A DNA stretch of 63,948 bases, counting the filler, from Collodictyon triciliatum (lineage: Eukaryota), in the NCBI GenBank assembly GCA_043381765.1. It is 5 parts of 5 records of this genome, joined end to end, with 100 filler letters (N's around TTAATTAATTAA, not from the genome) between each part and the next. Parts side by side here need not be neighbours in the genome. Positions count along the whole stretch, not along the records: positions 43,089 to 57,347 come from JBHJMP010001850.1; positions 57,448 to 63,948 come from JBHJMP010001998.1; 3 more parts are not named here. The stretch is one strand, 5' to 3'. Positions 46,059 through 57,750 of the stretch are shown here, piece by piece (within the stretch, counting starts at the first letter, position 1; every line of letters starts with the position of its first letter). Made by a program: the position numbers and the translations under genes. The notes below the pieces were generated by a model. The model had not been told where the DNA came from, did not search any database, and saw nothing but the letters and a program-made list of their open reading frames with translations.

Positions 46059-46773
46059 ATGCGTGGATTTACACTCGGCTTCGCAGCCCAGTTTGCAGCC
46101 AGTTTTGTCGGCGCTTTGTTTCTGCGCAATAGGAGGTTTGCATGGCTCCTCTCAAACTCTGGTTGAATATGTCTTTCGGTCTCAACCATTTACCTTCTCT
46201 CCCTATCCTTTCAAGCGCACTCCACACATCTCTACTCCAATTACATGCCTGACACATATTCTACACCCACTGTTAAGGTTTTAAAAAAAAAAGTTCTTTT
46301 TTGTTTTACTTTTCTTTTTACGTTTGACTTTATGTAAGTAATGAATGCCCCTGTAAACATTCCTGCAAAGCCTTCGAACCCGTCTCCTGATTGCACTCCG
46401 ACGCGGCATTCAGACGGGCCTGCGGATATCTTTCTTTGGGCTCACCTACCAGGCGCTTGTTCTTCTGCTCCGCTCGTTGGTGTTCATCAGGCGAGGCTGG
46501 GTTAACTTTGTTGCCGGCGGAGCGACCGCCGCATTCTGGCTCGGCCAGCCCACCCCTCTGAGCTCGGAGTACAGCCTGTTTGCTTTGCAGTTGATTCTCG
46601 GGGCGCATGTGGCCGAGTGGAGAACGCGCTCGGTTGTAGGCTTCCCTCTTCGGTGGCTTCTGCCTTGCCTCTGTGCCGGCCTTATCATGCGCCAGTTCGA
46701 GCGAGAGCCGACAACCCTGCGCCCGCCCGTCGCAATCGGCATGCAGTACATATACCTCCGCTTTGCAAAGTGA
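46059..46773 (+). CDS. Hypothetical small membrane protein
   Basis: Hydrophobic frames MRGFTLGFAAQFAASFVGALF... and ...LVLLLRSLVFIRRGWVNFVAGG...YIYLRFAK*, separated by an intron-like AT-rich segment. Confidence 0.35.
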
Positions 46774-46939
46774 TGGAACTCGCTGTCACTTCCGGGGGCC
46801 CAGAATCCCGTCCCATATGTATCCCACTTGCTACAGCCATGAAAAAATAAATCTTGAGTCAGAGGCAGACGAGCAGGACGAGGCGTGTGCTTGAGCGTTG
46901 CGGGGTGGGATTTCGCAAGGCTCCAGTGGGCAAAATAGA

Positions 46940-47012
46940 TGCCTCCTCGCGGAATCGAACCACGGACCTTCAGTTTACAAGACTGACGCACTACCAACTG
47001 TGCTAAGAAGGC
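46940..47012 (-). tRNA. tRNA-Thr (anticodon UGU)
   Basis: GCCTTCTTAGCACAGTTGGTAGTGCG TCAGT CT-TGT-AA ACTGA AGGTC CGTGG TTCGATT CCGCG AGGAGGCA forms a full 73-nt cloverleaf. Confidence 0.97.
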
Positions 47013-47060
47013 ATTCCTTACGTGTAGGGAAGGAGTATATAAAATTAAATTATATTTTAG

Positions 47061-47440
47061 TCTGTCCTTTTTTCTTCTGTCCTTTTTTCTTCTGTCCTTT
47101 TTTCTTCTGTCCTTTTTTTCTTCTGTCCTTTTTTCTTCTGTCCTTTTTTCTTCTGTCCTTTTTTCTTCTGTCCTTTTTTCTTCTGTCCTTTTTTCTTCTG
47201 TGCTTTTTTCTTATGTGCTCTTTTTTCTTATGTGCTCTTTTTTCTTATGAGCTCTTTTTTCTTATGTGCTCTTTTTTCTTATGTGCTTTTTTCTTATGTG
47301 CTTTTTTCTTATGTGCTTTTTTCTTATGTGCTTTTTTCTTATGTGCTCTTTTCTTATGTGCTCTTTTCTTATGTGCTCTTTTCTTATGTGCTCTTTTCTT
47401 ATGTGCTCTTTTCTTCTGTGCTCTTTTCTTCTGTGCTTTT
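47061..47440. repeat. 16-19-bp minisatellite (TTTTTTCTTCTGTCC drifting to TCTTTTCTTATGTGC)
   Basis: About 24 tandem units with a graded sequence change. Confidence 0.9.
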
Positions 47441-47529
47441 ATCTTTATCAATCATTTATTTTTGTCTGAGGGGTGATAAGGTAACAAACTCGACCTCTTT
47501 GAACAGGCAAGAATTTATTTCGACTTCTC

Positions 47530-49437
47530 TCCCTCATTTAATACATGGTGCATCCTGACCGAGGAGTCAAATCCGAGGGTCGCTCTCAGCTGGCTGATTA
47601 GAACCTGCCATAAAATAAATCGGTTGGTTTATCGCAGTGACTTTATGAACATTCGGGGAGATTTATTGGATATAAATATTCGCCAAACATCATGGCTCGC
47701 ATGAATAAACAGATTTTTTTTTTACTTTTACTGTCTCCGTATCTATGTCTCTAACTAATCTCAGATTAACACGACCCCTGTCTGGACGCATTGCTAATAT
47801 TACACTGTCCTAAAAAATCAAATTAATAACTACCCCCTGCTACATTAAAGGAGGAGGAAAGCGTTGGTAATTTGTTTGGCTTACTAGCATATTGGAATCA
47901 CATAAATTTTCCCCGATTAATGAAAGGCAACACTTCAACCAAACATCCATAAGGATTGGAAGGCTGTTCTTCCCTGCAATGACCTTTAAATACACACTTA
48001 ATAAGGGGAAATGCGTTCGATAGGAATGGCATGACTATTTGCAGTATATTCATTAAGTTCGCTTTGGATATTTGAATGACCCTTGAAAAAATGCACGCCT
48101 TTAGAAATATTCTAAGAAAATAAGAGAGCGAGAAATACCAATATTTGCAAAACTCCTTACGATTTTTCCTCCAGTCAGTTCCATCTCATCCAAAACTGGC
48201 TGAGTTCCAGAAGGTATTATTCGAATATTGAAATATTTTGGCATCCGTTTGATGTTTGGAAGATTGTTGAAGAACCTCCAAAATCCCTTTTAAAAATATT
48301 GGGTAAGTGGGTAACCGAATATACGCATCTGTCTCAGACGATTGATATAACTTTATGTAGTTAATGAAAACCTCCGCTGTATGAAAAGAGCACACTAAAT
48401 GTACGTGCGCCAGAAATGCAAGAAAAGGAACATTTCTTCTTCTACCCAAGTCGAAATAAGCTTCCCAATGTCTTTCCAACAACACTTCCTGTAAAAAAAT
48501 AATCAATTATTTTTTGAAAGTTGAGTTTATACAAGCAATTTTAATTATATAAAAACTGTCTCGATTGTCTTTCTCGAATTTGAATTAATTTTAAGAAGCA
48601 ACTGCGGGACTCAATGTATAACCATACCTTTGAATCAACAACGTGGTCAGTATTTAACTTGACGGGTGACTTTGTGTTGGACTTTTTCAAAGATGTCGAA
48701 AAGGCATCAATCAATTTGCAAGAGAGCTCATCTTTTTGGAAAACGAGAAACTGCGGTGCATTTTGCAGATGCGGTTCGATAGAATGAGTTGAGTGTGGAT
48801 ATGCGAGAGTCTCGCCGAACCGAGATTCACAATTCTCCGTAAAGAGACACATTTTGGAATCCGATTTTCTTTCGAATGAGATATCTGTATCATTTATTGT
48901 CATCGTTGTTCCACTCTTCTCGACAGATCCATATTGAATATAAGTATTTCTGTTTGTAGTGGAGCTCCAGGCGTTGTCCTGTGTCCAGCGATGTGTCCGA
49001 ATATGAACCCGTGGTGGTGAAGATGAAACGGAGGAGGACGGTGATGTTTCGTTGGTCCTCAAGCTTGGTGAGTATGACAGGGGAGGAGAGATTCTTTGCT
49101 CAATATGTATAGGTGAAGTGTCGTTTTCATAGGGACTGATAAATCCATGGTCGACTTGTAGAAACGCAGAAGTGAGAACCTTGCGATGACCGTCCATTTT
49201 TTCGCCCTCATTCGGCCTTCTCTGAGAAGCTTCTATGTGTCTTGAATCTTCGTGGGTGGATACTACTTCACAAGCACTGCTGGAATCCTCTGCCTTTGAA
49301 GAAACACAGCTTTCATGTTTGCTGAAGGGATCGTTGCTTTTGATTTCTTGGTCCTTGTTTTCAGAAGGTGGCTTCGGCAGGTGAGTTGTTTGAGGATGTG
49401 CGCGCAGAGTCTGAGAACACCGGAGTGAGGCGCTCAT
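47530..49437 (-). CDS. Hypothetical multi-exon protein (Ser-rich N-terminus, helical C-terminus)
   Basis: A long first exon from MSASLRCSQ, plus exon EVLLERHWEAYFDLG...KGILEVLQQ and further short exons. No family recognised; 3' end approximate. Confidence 0.5.
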
Positions 49438-49929
49438 TCGTCGGTGTTGTGTCTTTCTCAACTTTTGAGTCTTTTCTTATCCAAGCTCCTGTGTAGTTGG
49501 GGCGTTGTCAAAGCGGAGAAGCAAAAATTGGCGCGCAGACACAAGCAAACAGAACTTTTCGATCGTTCTTAGATAGATCTAAGGCCATTACGAAAAAATT
49601 CAAGAGCGCATCATGGGATTGGTACCTAAATTACTAAAAAATGTATATTTGGAATGATATGCATTCAATTAGGCTTGAAATATCAAGTATTAAGCTTTTA
49701 AAATCAAATTAAACTAATTTCCATAATTGTCATGTTTTGCCAGTCCAACGTTTACATACCTCCCACCACAACAAAGGCAACGCGCCCAATCAAACACAGG
49801 ATTCTTGTGCCCCAACGCGTTTGAAGCCTGGCCGATCGCCTCTGAGAAGAAGGCCACAGGTTGGAAAACTCTGGTTATTCCCAGCGCTCATGTACCTTAC
49901 AGTCTAGATCCACACCGTATTTCTCTGAG

Positions 49930-51453
49930 ATGCCTCGGAAGGCCAAGAATCCAGACGGGGATGAGGAAGAAGACGAAGGCGATGAGGTGGACTTTTTGCT
50001 TGATGGCGGAGAGAGCGACAAGAGTGAAAGTAGTGGAGACGGTGATGATGACGACGACGACTTTAGTGATGATGGAGGGAAAAGGAATAAAGCTTCCAAA
50101 GGGAAGAAAGCTGCGGCCACCAAAGGAAAGAAGACAGCCACCCCTGAGAAGAAAGCAGCAGCAAAAGTTGCGCCAAAGAAAGGGACAGCCAAAGCCACCA
50201 AAGAGGTGTTTTCTTCTTCTTTTGAGTTGCCTCGTCGTTTTCAGCCGCCGCTTTTTTTTTTTTTTTTGCGCTTTTTCTTCGACTTGACACAAACATCCCT
50301 TTTTCTACCACCTATCGAAGCCTGTCGCCTCCAAGGCAGCAGCCACACCAAAAAGGGGGAGAGGTTTTTATCCTTGAATTCCATTCAACTTTTAATTGCA
50401 GTTATGCAAATGTAATCTGGATACAGAATTTGAATGACGGTAGTTATTTTATATCGCTTTGACTTGAAAAAAATCCATGCAGCATCAATTAAACCAGAAC
50501 AACCATCCGAATCCACAGCAAAGGTGATCAAAAATCATCACTTGACTCACTGATATAGAAGGACTAACGGATATATACTTTTAATTATTTTTATATGTAT
50601 TATGTAGATTAGTTTACTCAATAATCGATTTTTTCTTATTTGTTACAGGCCAGGGGTAGAGCCTCGCTGAAGTCGAAAACAGAACCTGCAGAGGATGATG
50701 AAACGGTTGCTACTGAAAAGGACGGAGAATCGGGATTGGAACCAGACCCACCAATCATAATCGAAGAGGAAGACAGAAGCTCGGAAAGCGGAGTTGATGT
50801 TAGTGCCGATGGAGATGGTGAAGAACAACCTAAAAAGAAGGCTAAGGCAGCGACTAAAACTTCGAAAGTGCGTACATTTTTAGTTGACGACGTGCTCAAT
50901 ATACATCCCTTTGGAGAAAATTAATTATGCTAATTCAATTTCACTTTCTAGGACTCTAAACCAAAGGTTGCCCCTGCGAATGGGGGTCGTGCAACAAAGC
51001 TTTCCACTCCCACCATGTCCCCCACCAAGCCAACTGGTTTAGGTTAGTACGAACGGTGTCGAATTCATCATATTGTGTCACTCAACTAAAAGCGCATATA
51101 TATATATCAGTCCTTGTATAGTTAAACCCCCTTGCACTTTTAATCAAATAAAGGGAGAAATCTTACATATGCATGAATATCTTTGTTTTTTCTACTATTA
51201 CCCCAGGAGGCACGACACCCCGCGCCGGACTCAAGGGTATGTGTCCTACTACTGGGGACTTCAATTAATTAACTTTCAAAATGCAGTCCATATATCGGTA
51301 AGTGCAAAATCTCATTACTCACAAAATTTAATCGATGCAGCATCTGGCTCCTTAAACTCTCCGATATCCGCATCTGGATTGTCGCGACCACCTCGCGTTG
51401 GGCTCTCTCGACGGGCCAACATCCCCTCGCTTCATTCGTCCGGACCAGGATGA
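49930..51453 (+). CDS. RAD51AP1/NUCKS-like acidic/Lys-rich protein
   Basis: D/E- and K/A-rich disordered exons, with C-terminal PRVGLSRRANIPSLH resembling the RAD51AP1 LRLGLSRLARVKPLH motif. Confidence 0.7.
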
Positions 51454-52161
51454 GATTCATGTACTATGTATCATCTCTCTGAGAACAACTTGATTTGTCG
51501 GCAGAAAGTCTATCAGATGTCCCACCAATCTGTTGACCTACAGCGTTTTAATTCTGCAAACAATAAAGCATTCTGAAAAATACGCAACTCGCCGTGTGTA
51601 GAAAGGCTGGAAAAGATTTATGACATATGTGGATAATATATTATATTCAACAAATTATGCATATATTTTACTTAAAATCAAAAATATAATATATATTTAT
51701 GTTGATAATTACAGAATAACAATTATGCGGATATTAGAATGTTCTGCCGAATATCCAGATGCATACATTCACACAGCATGTTACAAGAAATTTGAGGAAC
51801 GAGTGGTCTATTTTCTCAAAGAAAATTACCCAATTAGAACAATCTTTCGCAGCCCGCAACCCACAAAGCAACAAGCAATTTTCGATAGACCCAGGAGCAA
51901 CAAACGCTCTCAAAACGCGTTTCCATTGATACAACCAACCGCTCCAACACCATTCGTGATGTATATTGGCCCAAGCATAAGCATCTTGGTAGACTTCAGT
52001 CAGCACTGGCGCCACAATGAAAGCAACAAGAAGCAAGCCGAACGGACCGGCTGATGAACGTCTCCCGAAAGACTGAAAGAGGCTGATTTGTTTCAGGCTT
52101 GGCTAAGCTGTTTATCGGGGTTGCGTCTCAGCCCAGTCTTGGTTCTCCAGCATTTCCACCT

Positions 52162-52264
52162 AAAACAAAACAAAACAAAACAAAACAAAACAAAACAAAA
52201 CAAAACAAAACAAAACAAAACAAAACAAAACAAAACAAAACAAAACAAAACAAAACAAAACAAA
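52162..52264. repeat. (AAAAC)n microsatellite
   Basis: Direct tandem pentamer. Confidence 0.95.
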
Positions 52265-52800
52265 GGATATTGAACAATCGTTGGAGTATTAGCCAAAGAC
52301 GAACTATGGTTACTTTCCACAATACCGAAGAGAAGCAGAGAGTAGGGGTCTTAACCTGTATGTTCCGAGTAACCCCTGTGTTTCTTGTAGGTTCCTGCAA
52401 CTTTTCTCGTGCCTGTGTCCAACCAAACTCCAAAACACAGACAGGACGCATCCCTCCAATAAGCCAAACCCCTACGGGAAGCAAACTCCACAAACAGCCA
52501 CCAGAGAGCTCTTCTCAAAAGTCACTCTAGAACTTCAAGCTTTTGAAAAAGAAAAATAATCACTATTCGGACCTAACTCTTCACCAGACCCAACGAAGTT
52601 GAACAGGCTTTCATTCCCTGCTGAATATTCTTCTATCCAAGCGCTTGTCTCTCAGGGTTCACACTTCAGCCTCGCTCACTCCTCCTTGCGAAGCTTCCAT
52701 TTTTGATTCACTCACTCTTTCTGGCTGTCCAGTTTGTACATCTGAACATTACTTTAGATTAGCTCTACTGTAAAATCAAAAACCCCCCAATATTTAATAC

Positions 52801-55213
52801 ATGTAAGTTAACATCCATCCAATGTACTCGGTCTACTTTGTCATTCAGGCATGTGTAATATAGTATCATTATGATTATTATCATAACACATTATCTTAAT
52901 TCTATTCTACTTAATACAGGGCTTCTGAAACCCTTTTCCCAACCGAACTTAGCTCGTTGGTAGAGCGGTCACTCCTCTGCCGACCGTGAGTGCTTTTTTT
53001 AAAAAAACTTTCTAAACAAAAATTAAACCTATGGGTGACTAGAAACGCTAGCCACATCGTGTTTGAGCAGAACGGCATATCCTGATAATATCTAATTATT
53101 TAGGAACGCCACCTCGAAGAAAGGCTATTCTCAAGGTAGGTCGAATGAATATTTTTTATCTTTCGGAAGACAGCTTTCGTCTGCTCAAGAGAACTCAAGA
53201 CACCCAACCCAATATTATATTCTGTCCTTCTCTAATACTCAATATCCAAAAGGAAATCTCGGCCGTCACCAAATGGCTTTCCATCATCAAAAGAACTTTC
53301 CTCACACTGATATCCACAACCCTGGCGTGGCCTACGAAGACTCTGAAGGCTTTGATGAAAATCTTTCATTTGACGGAGACGATGAAGATGACGAAGATGA
53401 AGTAGGGTTAATTGCAAAATTGATAATTGAAAATACACATTCTTCTTTCCTCTCAAATCACTACATGCAAAACTATACGCGTGAAGTAATGTGCCTCTAA
53501 ATAGTATTAGATTATTTGTAGTCCACTGAATTGTCTTTTGAAATATGCACTTATGAAATCTAGGATTTATCTGATAGCCAGGACCATGCCTCTTTCTACG
53601 GAGATGACAGCGATATTGAAGATATACCCATCGCAGCCTCCAACGCCATCGAGCTCGACAGCAATAGCGAAGACGAGGTTGTGACAGATGTTGAAGAAAT
53701 TTACGATGATAACGACAGTGTTACAAACAGCGAGGACGATGCATCTATGCAAAATGCGATGAACCCAATCGAATTCGAGACGCACGCACTTTTACAAGCC
53801 ATCCAGTCCCAGATGCAGAGGACCCAGTTCCACAAGGAAGCAGTTGTTCTCCCTTCTCCCAGCGCCGTTCGCTCTATCCAAGCCCCAATCGCCCCTCTCG
53901 GCCAGAAAGGAGGGGCAGAAAGTCTGTCCAACACAGGAACCAAGCCGATAGCCTCAGCGCAGCAGAAGCCCTCAAAGAGCATTGAAAGCCATCCGCAAGG
54001 CAGTATCCAAAGTTCTCTCTTTGAAGCCCCTCGAAAGAGAGTTCGCTCCCAGGAAGACAGGTTAGCTAACATAACTCTCACAACACTTTTGTTGATTTAA
54101 TCGAATTCACCACCCTGAACCCTGGAGTCTGCCAATGTCTTGTTTATTTTTCGTCTTAAATGGGATGCGGTCAATATTTATATTAAGGATGTCCTTTTCA
54201 CGCAAATGTGAAACCTCAAAATCTATAGCAAAACAAAGGTTGCCAAGAAACATCTTCAAGAGGTCGATCCTAGGCGCGTAAGCCTTGTGAAGACCATTCT
54301 GGAAACCCTTCCCCGGCAAAAGCTGAAAGGAATCATGGACATTGTTATGGAAGCGGGCGCAGGAGAAATATTTGAAGATGAGCTAATATTTGGTAGTTTA
54401 TACATTTCACACATTCCATGCATAAAGGTCTTGTCTTTTCATTTTTTCCCTAGTATTGATAATGTCACATATTCTTGATAGTCGCACACCTCTGTTTATT
54501 CGCTGTCCCTTGTTCTTGCTTCCACTTCGAAGACGCTTACTCGTATCGCTCACATTTCCTGTCCGTCTCCATCTTTCTATTCTTTTTTTCTAGATGTTTA
54601 CTCTATGGACGAATGTGTTATCCGGAAAATTGAGCTTTTTGTCCAAGACGACTGCACCGGTTTAGCGAGTCGAAAGTCTGTCGCAACTACGCGGAAGTGT
54701 ATAACAACTATGGCAAATGAAGTCAGCTCCACCTCACGGAAACGGGAACAGCAGCTAGCCACCTCCTCACAAACAAAGCCCTTGTCTTCGTCCACATATC
54801 ACAGCTGCAACTCACCAACCAGCTCACTCGCTTCTGTGGGGTCTTCGCCATCATCTTCGTCGTCACTTTCATCTCCAGTAACTCAGTCCAGAGTGGCACC
54901 AACACGAAGTAAGTCCATGTCTGGTGTAGCTACCCCACGACGCAATCAGCCGTTTACAGCACCAGTCCATGCCACCGACATGAATCTTTCGAGGCCTTCA
55001 GTCCGGTCTGCAAAACAATCTACACAGACGCATATACATCCGCAACCCCAGTCACAGTCAAAGAAGGCCTTGTCAAATGTTAACTCGAAGCCCCGGAAGG
55101 ATGCCACCTTCTTTTCGGAGCATGAAGTGATTGCAATATTTTCCACAAACGAGGTACTCAAGATAAAAAAGACAGAGACTGGCAGTGAGGATGAGATTGA
55201 GGTAGACATATAA
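52801..55213 (+). CDS. ET (extra-terminal/NET) domain protein, multi-exon
   Basis: Spliced VKTILETLPRQKLKGIMDIV...EDELIF/DVYSMDECVIRKIELFV fits the ET consensus. It is flanked by acidic and Ser-rich regions. Confidence 0.7.
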
Positions 55214-55759
55214 AGTCATTTTTCACCCGCTCTCAAGAACAAACGAAGCCCAATAATGAATAAGATGTAGCAACTCCCCAGGGGTGATTGTTTTTCTTTT
55301 TAGACATAATTGTTGATCGCATGCATGATGTCTCTTTCCATTCATAAATCATGCCTCTTTTTCTTCTTCCTCTTGTGTTTTTTTTCTCTTTCTCCACGCA
55401 CTCCTCTTTGCCACTCCCTGTCTTTCTGTCTTTCTCTTTCCCCTGGCCACCGCCCCCACCTCCCCGTTTCATTCTTACTTTGTCTGGAAAATAAAGCTGT
55501 CGTCTGAAACAAATACGGGCGCATACTGTTGCCTGGCTGGTACTAATATCACGCCCGCATAATCCACGATGAGATGTACTTTCAAGTCTCGATTATCGCA
55601 GGCACCTCGTAATGGATTACTGACCAAACAGAATTCATTTCGCAGGTTGTATCTGCCCAACAAGCAAGGCCAGCCGACATGTGATTTCTAGCGTTTATTG
55701 CCTCCTGAGTTCCTCCAGACGGGTCGATACGAGAAGGAAGGGAAGGCACAAATAATACA

Positions 55760-56817
55760 TCATTCAAATTCAGACTTGACAAGTACTGCAAATGACTTTT
55801 GAGCCCGGGCGCTCCTTGGTGCAGCCGCCAAAGTGGCGCCACTGTTTTGAAACTGGATGGAGCCTATGGAGGTGGAGGGATTGAATCGTAACATAAACTG
55901 CACGGATTTAAAATGAGAGGAAATAGAAACGCTACATGAGAAAACAAAAAGAAAACAGGCAAGGAAAGGAACAACAAAATTAAGCAGCCCCAGAAGACAA
56001 GTGACAGGATATGACGCGGCATCAACCAAACAAACCATCACGCGCATCGGAAGAGATGGAGCGATAGTGACGGGTTGGTCGAGAGTACTGATACGTCTCT
56101 GGATGGCCTTGTTGAACAAGGGTAGGGTTATCTTGTCTCTGGGGTTTCAAAGTTCGGGTCTGGGAAAGTGTGGAAGGGTGATTTTGGTGGGAGTGATTGA
56201 TGAGAGGTTCATGTTCGTCAGAAGTGACGACCATGTTGGGATTTGAAAACACAGAGTTTCTTTGCGATGGGGCGTGATGTGATGCAGAGTGACCCTGCTT
56301 CGATCTGGACGTGTTTGGCCATGAGCTTCGAACATCAGAGCCAAGCTCAGGACTTCTCGCTGGGGAGATTGATATGATTGGAGATTTTGTCGGAGACTCA
56401 ATCGTACTGATCTGCTGGGGTACAGAGATGCTGATATGAACAACACTCGATACAGAGGCACAAAAAAGAGCCACAACCAGGGCCAAAGCAAAGAAGAAGC
56501 TTTCTCGGCCTGTGCTATCATAAAAAACATCTGGGTGAGTCTCCACAAAGCGAATTGGGCCGGCATAAATCAGAGCCTCTGCAGCTAGGGCTAGCAAGGC
56601 AGCTATGACAATGGAGATTGCCATAAGGCGCCGTCCTGAGAAGCAGAACGTTGTTGACGCAGCTACAATTGCTAGCGCACTGGTACACATTAAGACAGCA
56701 GTGGCGAGACTCATGCTTACAAAAGCGCGCCTCTCTTTTGGATTGATTGAATATGGCAAGATTCCATCCCCATCTAGGTTATCTCGATACTCGATAGTAA
56801 TCCCATCTACGCGCACC
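55760..56817 (-). CDS. Hypothetical multi-pass membrane protein (claudin/tetraspan-like topology); 5' end lies toward the scaffold end
   Basis: Three hydrophobic helices followed by a Ser/His-rich tail in ORF 56022-56816, with an AG acceptor at its 5' end. Confidence 0.5.
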
Positions 56818-57142
56818 TGAGATTTTTTTTTTGATTTTTCACGAGATTGTTCAGTTTGATTGTTATTTTGCTGAGCACTAAGGTGAAGGAATTAACAACG
56901 AAGGCGCTCAGTTACACATTATATTTTGGGAAAACATCGCATTAGATGAACATGGCATAATTTGGGACACTAGGATTTTTACCCGTGTAAGTGAAAATTC
57001 GTAATGTACGCCAACATCGGAGTCGGCTATTGCAAACGATTGAATAAGAAGTGTCATTAATAGATGAAAGAATTTTAAAGCACAAAAAACAGAGAAGTTA
57101 TAATAGGAAAACTGAAGCTGAAAAGGATATGTAAAGGGTACG

Positions 57143-57347
57143 GATAAAGAAAGATAAAGAAAGATAAAGAAAGAAATAGAAAGAAATAGAAAGAAATAGA
57201 AAGAAATAGAAAGAAATAGAAAGAAATAGAAAGAAATAGAAAGAAAAAGAAAGATAAAGAAAGATAAAGAAAGATAAAGAAAGATAAAGAAAGATAAAGA
57301 AAGATAAAGAAAGATAAAGAAAGATAAAGAAAGATAAAGAAAGATAA
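57143..57347. repeat. (AAAGATAAAG)n / (AAAGAAATAG)n decamer satellite at scaffold end
   Basis: Direct tandem repeat. Confidence 0.95.
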
Positions 57348-57447
57348 NNNNNNNNNNNNNNNNNNNNNNNNNNNNNNNNNNNNNNNNNNNNTTAATTAAT
57401 TAANNNNNNNNNNNNNNNNNNNNNNNNNNNNNNNNNNNNNNNNNNNN
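57348..57447. other. Artificial scaffold-joining linker
   Basis: N44-TTAATTAATTAA-N44. Confidence 0.97.
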
Positions 57448-57720
57448 GATGTCCCGAATGGACTAGAAATTCAAGTATTTGTCTGGATGTTGCCAAATAG
57501 AAATGGAACAGGTGTTCAGCAAATCAGATTTGATTCAGCCAGTCCAACAAATAACGCCTTTGTGCTCAGTTCTAGCGGCACAGGTATTGCACTTGGAGGC
57601 ACAACGTACACTGTCACAGAAGGTACGATGTTTAAAGCTACTAATTTCCGTACAACGATAGGACGATGGATGGTTGATTCAACTCGATTTAACTGTACTC
57701 CTGCTTTAACATCCGCGTAA
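57448..57720 (+). CDS. C-terminal 90 aa of a beta-rich G/T/S-rich viral protein (fibre/spike-like)
   Basis: Open from the first scaffold base: DVPNGLEIQVFVWMLPNRNGTGVQQIRFDSASPTNNAFVLSSSGTGIALGGTTYTVTEGTMFKATNFRTTIGRWMVDSTRFNCTPALTSA*. Confidence 0.6.
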   Translation, partial: DVPNGLEIQVFVWMLPNRNGTGVQQIRFDSASPTNNAFVLSSSGTGIALGGTTYTVTEGTMFKATNFRTTIGRWMVDSTRFNCTPALTSA

Positions 57721-57750
57721 ACAATTCTTATTAATAGTAACAATTGTTTA
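57718..57750. terminator. AT-rich hairpin between convergent genes, incorporating both stop codons
   Basis: TAAACAATTCTTATT-AAT-AGTAACAATTGTTTA: 15-position stem with one C-C mismatch and one T-G pair, and a 3-nt loop. Confidence 0.7.

Noticed and set aside
47061-47440. CRISPR-like array
   Set aside because: Contiguous tandem units with no unique spacers, in a eukaryotic context.
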